Both the position numbers and the translations under genes were made by a program. A model generated the notes under the pieces. It had not been told where the DNA came from and did no database searches. It was given only the letters and a program-made list of their open reading frames with translations. A stretch of 64,000 nt of DNA, from NCBI GenBank assembly GCA_002269645.1, contig NIVC01000764.1, positions 62,001 to 126,000 on the forward strand. Reading direction: 5' to 3'. Below, in pieces: positions 60,201-64,000 of the stretch (its first letter is position 1; every line of letters begins with the position of its first letter). Source of the DNA: Macrostomum lignano (lineage: Eukaryota).

Positions 60201-61780
60201 GTTGATGTGCTTCTGCTGGTCGTAGCAGCCGTTGACCGACTGGCCAGTCCGATACGACAAGTCATGGATCAAGCGGACCCTCCCGTCCGACTTGGGAAGG
60301 CCCGCCGATGGGGTAGACTTTGATCGGGCCGCTCCAACGGATGTACCTCCCAAGGCGCAGCTCCTCCTCGACCTGGGCTTCCACAGCAGAGTGGTGCAGC
60401 AGGGTGGAGGCGTGGTTCTTGAACGAAGTCAAACGCAGCTGATGGCATGGTGAGAGCGAAACCGTGGACAACGCCTTGCATCAGAAAGTCACGGTCTGGG
60501 TCGTTGTTGAGCAGAGCATTCCAGGCTTAGAGGCCAGAGGTCAGATGTTAGAGGTCAGACGAGATGAGCAGTGAAGTAAAAGCAGAAAATTCGGTATTAA
60601 AATCAGAGCAGTCCACCGGATAAATGGCATCAGTTTTTTGCACCCGCACCGATCACGTGAACCGACAGCTGTCCGGTGAGTGATGAATGCAGCGCCTGTG
60701 TGTGGGCAAGGGCCGGGTGCGACGCCAGGCAGCCTTGGATTTTGCAGACGTGGCGGAACTTGCAGTTCAGGCGGATGCACCCCGGATGCATCCCAGAGCA
60801 CTCGGAGTTGAAACGCAGGCAGATCGGCCTAATTGCTGCCGGCAATTGCTGCTTAGCGAACGTGAACCACAGGTTTCTGGGTGCGTTGAGGTATTTGTGG
60901 TACAGCTGTGGTACAGATCCTCACCCCACGCCATGCCCGTCTCTGCCACCAGCTTTCAGCAGTCCTCGTTAAACTCCCAGATCACGAACTCCGGGTAGTC
61001 AGCGGCCATCTTGCGATTGTAGTTGAGGTAGCCAAGGACGTCAGTCAGGAGACCAGCAGTGCTTTCAGCAGCCGCCGGGAGTTTTTCCTTGATCAGCTTT
61101 TGCAGGATGATCGAGCTGGCCGCGATCCACGACTAGCAGAGATACTGGACAGCTTCGGCTCCTGCTTTCTTAATGTGAGCGACCCATTCTCCATTGTGGC
61201 GATCAACTGCTCCTGACTGGCAGAGCTGGGTCCTCTGGTTAGTTTGATGTGGTCTCTGATCAGATGCAACTTGCGAGTCGGAGCCTGGCAATTAGCGGCC
61301 TGAAGCTGAGCCGCCTCCCTCATCCCAGATTCAAGAACCTCGGGCAACTGCAGACCGGCATGCACGACTTGCTCACCTGATGATGATGCTGCCTGAGGCT
61401 GAGCCGTCAAGCACTACTGAGTGTGAAGATGTTGCTGAAGATTCCGACGACGTTCTAACAGGAATTTCAGTTCGAGCAGCTCCACTTCCTGTCGCAACGC
61501 GGCCAGCCCGTCGCTCCCCGCCCCAGAGGCGAATGGCCCGCGCTGCTATGCCGTTCTCGGCGTCCGGAGCAGAAGAAGTCATCTCGGAGTTGTTGAACTC
61601 TTCGTCAGCTTGCTCTAAGCCGAGTGCAGTGGACAAGCCTTGATTTGGCGCACGTTTAGTCGCTTTGCGCTGGCACTCATGACGGTGGCTGAGCAAAAAT
61701 TGAGAAATGGCGGCGGAGACAAGACGGGCCGGGTGCAGGGGCTTTAATCCGGCCGGCGCGGCCAACACCCCCACCAGAGT
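57290..61780 (-). mobile_element. Degenerate tyrosine-recombinase retrotransposon (DIRS order, Ngaro-like): gag - RT - RNase H - YR
   Basis: Gag zinc knuckle CLRFN...CKFRHVC...HPA. RT KSDGRVRLIHDLSYRTGQSVN...MATMDLKSAYRSMPIRP. RNase H HINFKEALA...VIYTD. YR LRGAKRHLG...PLTIEHL, GWWGMLRLGDF, KANQF, LCPVRAL, GHSIQRGGAS. Many frameshifts. Confidence 0.88.
57609..58802. mobile_element. Probable solo LTR (1194 bp, TG...CA) inserted in the YR gene
   Basis: Ends are TGTGATG and CACTACA, flanked by CGGC/TGGC (4-bp TSD with one mismatch). Removing it rejoins the YR frame as KANQFSSTPPVVFLPPVQAESPLCPVRAL. Confidence 0.75.
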
Positions 61781-62096
61781 GCAGAGAGTGCAGAGGCATG
61801 TACAGCGGAACCCCCGGCGCGTCTAACACACCTTACTCGGAGAGTAACAATTGCAGGCAAAGTGTCTATAGAGGGTCTATAGATGTCGAAATTGTTTGGG
61901 GAGGCTTTTGAGCGTACATGTCTGGTTATAAAGTGCTTACAGAGACGTTCAATTGTTTTATAGCGGCTGTGGGGTGTTATTAACCATGCGCAGTGTCCTG
62001 ATGGAGAGCTTTGAGAGGTCATACTATACTTGGTTCTACTGGTTTGTCGGTTTGTCCTGAGAAGCCTTCCAAGAAGCTTTTCAACCTGAAACACGT

Positions 62097-62450
62097 TCAG
62101 TTCAACTCACCGAAAGCCACGGCGGTGGCAGCTTTCAACTTTCTTCGGTACATCCGTCGACAAGTCCACAGCGAGATGCAAGAGAAGAACAGCAGCACGG
62201 TTAGTCCGCAGGCCACCGCGATCAGCGAGATCTTCAAAATTTCCAAAGTCTGATCTGTTGGTGTCTGCTGGCGCGCCAGTTTAACGTAGAGCACGCCGAA
62301 TCGGCGGTAGAGCACGACCATCTGGTTAGACGACCATCTGGTTCTGCACAGTGATGGCCGGCACGATGCTGTTGTTCGTTCTGTCTATGGCATGGATGTA
62401 GACGTCCGATCTGGAAGGAGGATGTTCCGGTTTGGATAACCGTTGGCCAT
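62097..62450 (-). pseudogene. Fragment encoding a single-pass membrane segment, frameshifted
   Basis: Hydrophobic ISLIAVACGLTVLLFFSCISLW followed by basic CRRMYRRKLK. A 16-bp duplication (AACCAGATGGTCGT) near 62320-62345 breaks the frame. Confidence 0.35.
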
Positions 62451-62719
62451 CGCTCAGTTGTGTTACAACCAATCCATCCGTCTATATAATTTTTGTACGA
62501 CTGACTTCCCCCAGTTTGTTTTTAACATTCGGATAACTATAGTAGAATGGCGTTAGACGAAAAAATTAATTGTGCAAAAATGTGCGAATTTATCGATTTC
62601 CAAGCTAAGGATTTAGTGCTAACTGCCTCCAAAACCATTAAATCTTTTCAAAATCGGATTAACGATAGAATTGAGACACAGCATATATGGACTCAGCTGC
62701 CAACTACATGTACATCACG

Positions 62720-64000
62720 GACAATTTAACAATGACCGACCGATTTTCTAAACTCTCTGTTGTGAAGAGACCTGATGGCTCGGTCACAGAGAGCTCTGAA
62801 GAAACTCTAGAGCTCATGCTCAACGGTTTCTCCCCTACATCTCCGACTCAGCAGGGCCCGCCTGACCACACCGTGGGAGGGCAAGGCCTGGCAAAGTCTA
62901 TGATCACCAAAGACCGCATTATTAGAGCGGCAAGGTCCTTTAACGCCTGGGCCCGATGGCATCTACACAGCGTTCTTGCACGAGGCGGTGAAAAACCACC
63001 GCTTCCTGGACCTCCTCTGTCGTCTCCCTCGAGCTTGTGTGGAGCTGGGCTATGTACCAGTTGCGTGGAGATAGGCCTGCGTGGTCTTTATCCCCAAGCC
63101 TGGAAAGAGCGACTACCAATCGGTGAAGGCCTTCAGGCCTATCAGCCTTACCTCTTTCTGCCTTAAGCTCCTCGAAAGGCTGGTGCTTTGGCGCCTACTT
63201 TCGGTCGAGCTGAAGCGCTTCCCACTCTCGCAGAACCAGCACGCCTTCCGCGCGGGCAGGTCTACTGAGAGTGCCCTCAATGTAATCGTTGACTTCCTGG
63301 AGATCAGGGCCGTTCTTGGCAGCGGCTTTGCCCTCTCGCTTTTCCTGGACATTGAGGGGGCCTTCGACAACGTCATCTTCGAGGCCTTTTGGAGAGCCCT
63401 GGAATCCAGGGCCACGCACCCTCACCTTGTCCGGTGGATCATGTTCATGATCCGGAACCGCACTGTTGTGGCCCACCTGAACGGCAGCTCTCGAACAGCG
63501 CCTGTTCAAAAAGGGGGCCCTCAGGGCGGGGTCCTCACCCTCGTTCTCTGGAACATTGTCATGGATGAGTTGCTTTGCAGTGATCTCCATGACCCCATTC
63601 TCAAAGTTGGCTATGCCGATGATGTGACCGCAATATGCGCGGGCCCCTCGGTTGATACCATTAGAGATCTTCTGCAGGGCTTTCTGTGACGCTTCTCCTG
63701 AGCCAGAGGTACCAGTATAAGTTCACTATTCAGCCTCGACACGGGGCGAGTGACAGCTGGAGCGATTCTGAAGTCCACTGTTTCACTGACGGCTCAATGA
63801 GGCATGGTCTTTCATGCTTCGGAGCTTGCATCTTCTTCAAGGGAGAAGTGGTGTGGAGCTACTCCCAGCACACTGGACTCAACTCCAGTGTTTTTTCAGA
63901 GCGAGGTGCTTGCCAGGGGCCGGGGGCAGCTCAGCGGTCGGAAATGTAATTTTCACTCTGACAGCCAAGCAGCCCCTCGGGCCCTCTGCCGCAGCACCAC
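62720..64000 (+). mobile_element. 5'-truncated non-LTR retrotransposon (RT plus RNase H; LOA/R1/I group-like), runs off the window
   Basis: VFIPKPGKSDY...FRPISLTSFCLKLLERLV, NQHAFRAGRSTESAL, LDIEGAFDNV, GPQGGVL, GYADDV; RNase H FTDGS...SVF...DSQAAL; frameshifts. Confidence 0.92.

Overview
Repeat-rich, intron-containing animal genomic DNA, not prokaryotic. GC-rich compact exons, poly-Ala/Gln tracts and intronic minisatellites resemble a free-living flatworm such as Macrostomum; this is an inference from sequence style only. I reconstructed host genes by hand from GT-AG boundaries that keep the reading frame. On the minus strand, in transcriptional order: FBXL6-like F-box/LRR (5 exons), HINT, FPGS (2 exons), a poly-Q/P protein with a possible divergent HMG box, an orphan 2-exon gene, and MO25/CAB39 (3 exons). 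TMEM232 (7 exons) is on the plus strand. Mobile DNA: a 6.8-kb CCC...GGG DNA element (perfect 37-bp TIRs, 2-bp TSD, three internal tandem arrays), a decayed hAT abutting a Gypsy pol fragment, a MULE-type MITE, a tRNA-headed CORE-like SINE, an Ngaro/DIRS tyrosine-recombinase retroelement split by a solo LTR, and an RNase H-bearing LINE. About 20 tandem arrays are present, several sharing a GAGGATCTG core. The strongest leads are a possible trans-spliced operon, possible dual targeting of HINT by alternative acceptors, the array-filled CMC/EnSpm-like element with LIM-like remnants, and a five-copy structured ~200-bp unit inside the MO25 intron.
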